This document shows, piece by piece, positions 35,650 to 37,295 of a stretch of DNA of 37,295 bases. Within the stretch, counting starts at the first letter, position 1; every line of letters begins with the position of its first letter. The DNA is from a virus (taxonomy: Duplodnaviria > Caudoviricetes): positions 1 through 37,295 of the IMG/VR virus record IMGVR_UViG_3300036798_000217. One strand, 5' to 3'. The notes under the pieces were generated by a model. That model ran no database searches. It was not told the DNA's origin and saw only the letters and a list, made by a program, of their open reading frames with translations. Position numbers and translations under genes: made by a program.

Positions 35650-35747
35650 TGAATAAAACTCAATATTCCGTCAATACTGTAGATACAGTTTCTGATTTTC
35701 CTTCATACCCGAAGGCTTAGCAGTTAGCTTTTGCTAGCTGCTCTTTT
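35650..35747 (+). ncRNA. Antisense sRNA unit 1 (SigG/SigE-like promoter plus shared terminator)
   Basis: TGAATA-N17-AATACTG; agcagttagc-tttt-gctagctgct-ctttt. Confidence 0.55.
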
Positions 35748-35979
35748 ATCGTTTTGGATGGCCACACGCTTCTGCATAATCCCAATATCCTTTACATTCA
35801 GTTGAATTAGGTGTCATTTTGAAGTCTGCTAAGCTTTCTGATACACATTCCTTCGATTTATTACGATTAGGAAAATACATATTCCAATAACACTCAGTGC
35901 AACAACAGGTTAATTCTTGATCACCCTGCACTTGAGCCACTTTTGTAAATAACGCTTCAAATTCATCCATCATATCCAT
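35746..35979 (-). CDS. Cys-rich small protein
   Basis: CCCTECYWN..C..C..C; AAGGAGG RBS. Confidence 0.7.
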   Translation of the reverse strand: MDMMDEFEALFTKVAQVQGDQELTCCCTECYWNMYFPNRNKSKECVSESLADFKMTPNSTECKGYWDYAEACGHPKR

Positions 35980-35986
35980 TCCTCCT

Positions 35987-36092
35987 TGAATAAATTCCTA
36001 AATCTTGTCCATACTATAAATACACTTAATGATTGAACTTCCTTCTTAACTTTTCGTTTGAGAGCAGTTAGCTTTTGCTAGCTGCTCTTTTT
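35987..36092 (+). ncRNA. Antisense sRNA unit 2
   Basis: TGAATA-N17-CATACTA (SigG consensus); same terminator hairpin. Confidence 0.6.
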
Positions 36093-36100
36093 ATGTTTTG

Positions 36101-36217
36101 TGAATAAAATTCTAAACATTGCCTAACACTGTAGATAAGGCTTTAAAAAGTCGATTTCTCCCACTCTAGCTCTCTTGGTCGAGAGTCGAGCAGTTAGCTT
36201 TTGCTAGCTGCTTTTTT
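36101..36217 (+). ncRNA. Antisense sRNA unit 3
   Basis: TGAATA-N18-AACACTG; same terminator hairpin. Confidence 0.55.
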
Positions 36218-36551
36218 ATTTTAAATCCGGTTCATATTTATGTTTCTTCTGTATAAAGATCTCATGAACCAATTTCACGCAAAAATCTACGACATCCTCA
36301 TCACTTGTAATATTCGCACCAATGTTAGCATTCTGAAATTCTTTTATATCCTGTATCATTTTTGTATTAGGTATCTGCTTTTCTAACATTTTTCGAATCA
36401 CTTTAGATTGGCTCTCTCCATCGTATTCACATAGAAACTCAATCTCACTCCATAACTCAGTCGGTAAAGTTAACGATACTTTTCTTGTCTCACCAATTGC
36501 TTTACGCCCTGCTCCTTCTCTTTTCCCACCACGATTGTTTTGTTCAGTCAT
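36216..36551 (-). CDS. Ribbon-helix-helix-like DNA-binding protein
   Basis: RGGKREGAGRK plus RKVSLTLP..LW..I...SQSKVIRKML. Confidence 0.75.
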   Translation of the reverse strand: MTEQNNRGGKREGAGRKAIGETRKVSLTLPTELWSEIEFLCEYDGESQSKVIRKMLEKQIPNTKMIQDIKEFQNANIGANITSDEDVVDFCVKLVHEIFIQKKHKYEPDLK

Positions 36552-36565
36552 TATATATCTCTCCT

Positions 36566-36616
36566 TTGAATAAAGTTACTTTATTCAATTGTATTCTTCG
36601 TGGTAAACATTATCAA
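36566..36616 (-). promoter_or_regulatory. SigA promoter with operator palindrome at +1
   Basis: TTGATA-N17-TACAAT (36616-36588); TTGAATAAAG-N3-CTTTATTCAA (36566-36588). Confidence 0.7.
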
Positions 36617-36726
36617 TTGATTTTAGTAACTTCATTCAAAAAAAGATTTCTACAAAATGAAATTTTTATTAAAAACCGAACATTTCCCTTAAACTACAGC
36701 TGCAAACTTAAATCAAATTCCGAACA

Positions 36727-36843
36727 TTAATACTCATAACTAATATTATTTGCTTCCATCCAGTTTTCTCGTTCTGCTTGTACGATCATTTCTTGCTCCG
36801 CTTCAATTTCTAAACGCTCTTGCTCATTCCAAGTGTCTTTCAT
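36727..36843 (-). CDS. Acidic small protein, 38 aa (MKDTWNEQERLEIEAEQEMIVQAERENWMEANNISYEY)
   Basis: Manually translated; AAGGAG RBS. Confidence 0.65.
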   Translation of the reverse strand: MKDTWNEQERLEIEAEQEMIVQAERENWMEANNISYEY

Positions 36844-36879
36844 TTCATATTCTCCTTTTCTAACAAAATAGCGTTTTTA

Positions 36880-37101
36880 TTAAGCTTTATTTAGCTTATT
36901 TAAATTAATTGCTGATTCCATCCAAAAACTGCAGATGAATTCTACAGATACATTTTCGACTTGTTCTTCTGTATATTCATAAAAATCCACCGCTACATTT
37001 TTAGCGAATCTCTCTGCATATTCATCTTCTTTTCTAGAAACAGAAACTATAAAGCTCATGTGCTCGTTATATACATGGTATTGATAAATCGTGTTAGGCA
37101 T
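36880..37101 (-). CDS. Hypothetical protein (start MPNTIYQ)
   Basis: AAGGGAG RBS; stop at the end of the 36861-36882 site. Confidence 0.7.
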   Translation of the reverse strand: MPNTIYQYHVYNEHMSFIVSVSRKEDEYAERFAKNVAVDFYEYTEEQVENVSVEFICSFWMESAINLNKLNKA

Positions 37102-37168
37102 TTTATTCTCCCTTTCTCTCAAATAACGATTTTGTTCACTTTTTCGATACATTTATGAAACATTCATG

Positions 37169-37295
37169 TGTTATCTTCAATAAGTCCTTTTAAAAACAGA
37201 AAGATTTATTATGTAAAAGACCCTAGTCCCCTCTAGGGCTTTTTACATTCAAATAAAAATCCCGTTTAAAACTGCACATATATTAAAAGCATACA
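37169..37295. repeat. Terminal direct repeat, copy 2
   Basis: Identical to 1-127. Confidence 0.95.

Noticed and set aside
36159-36167. 9-nt match of sRNA unit 3 (tcccactct) to the aimR/aimP junction near 7230-7238
   Set aside because: A 9-mer match is expected by chance in 37 kb; not claimed without an energy or conservation test
35719-36217. Three identical palindromic repeats as a CRISPR mini-array
   Set aside because: Spacing is irregular (~345 and ~125 bp), one interval contains a gene, the repeats have terminator form and no cas genes are present
36676-36729. Two CGAACATT sequences as SOS boxes
   Set aside because: Half-sites only; no GTTC at the 4-nt spacing
37169-37295. 127-bp terminal repeat as a biological phage end
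   Set aside because: Length matches an assembly k-mer, it falls in the early region, and HNH/terminase genes suggest cos ends near 31900-32000

Overview
The window is a complete, circularly permuted ~37.2-kb genome of a temperate HK97-type siphophage of the Bacillus cereus group. Bases 1-127 repeat exactly at 37169-37295, which looks like an assembler overlap, giving a 37,168-bp circle. Almost all genes are on the minus strand: an early/accessory block that wraps the contig ends, replication genes (replisome organizer, DnaC-like loader), a cro/cI switch with palindromic operators, an arbitrium locus (aimR, aimP ending MMVEPGGH, a 40-aa aimX candidate), an integrase with an intact attP-like region, lysis, tail, head and packaging genes, ArpU and a second small tyrosine recombinase. 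The tape-measure gene is split by a 1108-nt group I intron carrying a GIY-YIG homing endonuclease. The least explained structure is in the early accessory block. Nine same-orientation 22-bp sites (8-bp arm, 6-bp spacer, 8-bp arm) sit at gene boundaries like a cassette array. Three related antisense non-coding units each have a sporulation-sigma-like promoter, a variable CU-rich body and an identical terminator hairpin. Other candidates are a structured RNA antisense to the aimR leader, an SOS box upstream of aimR, a structured late-operon leader and a 30-aa cationic peptide moron. All functional calls come from reading the sequence; no searches were run.
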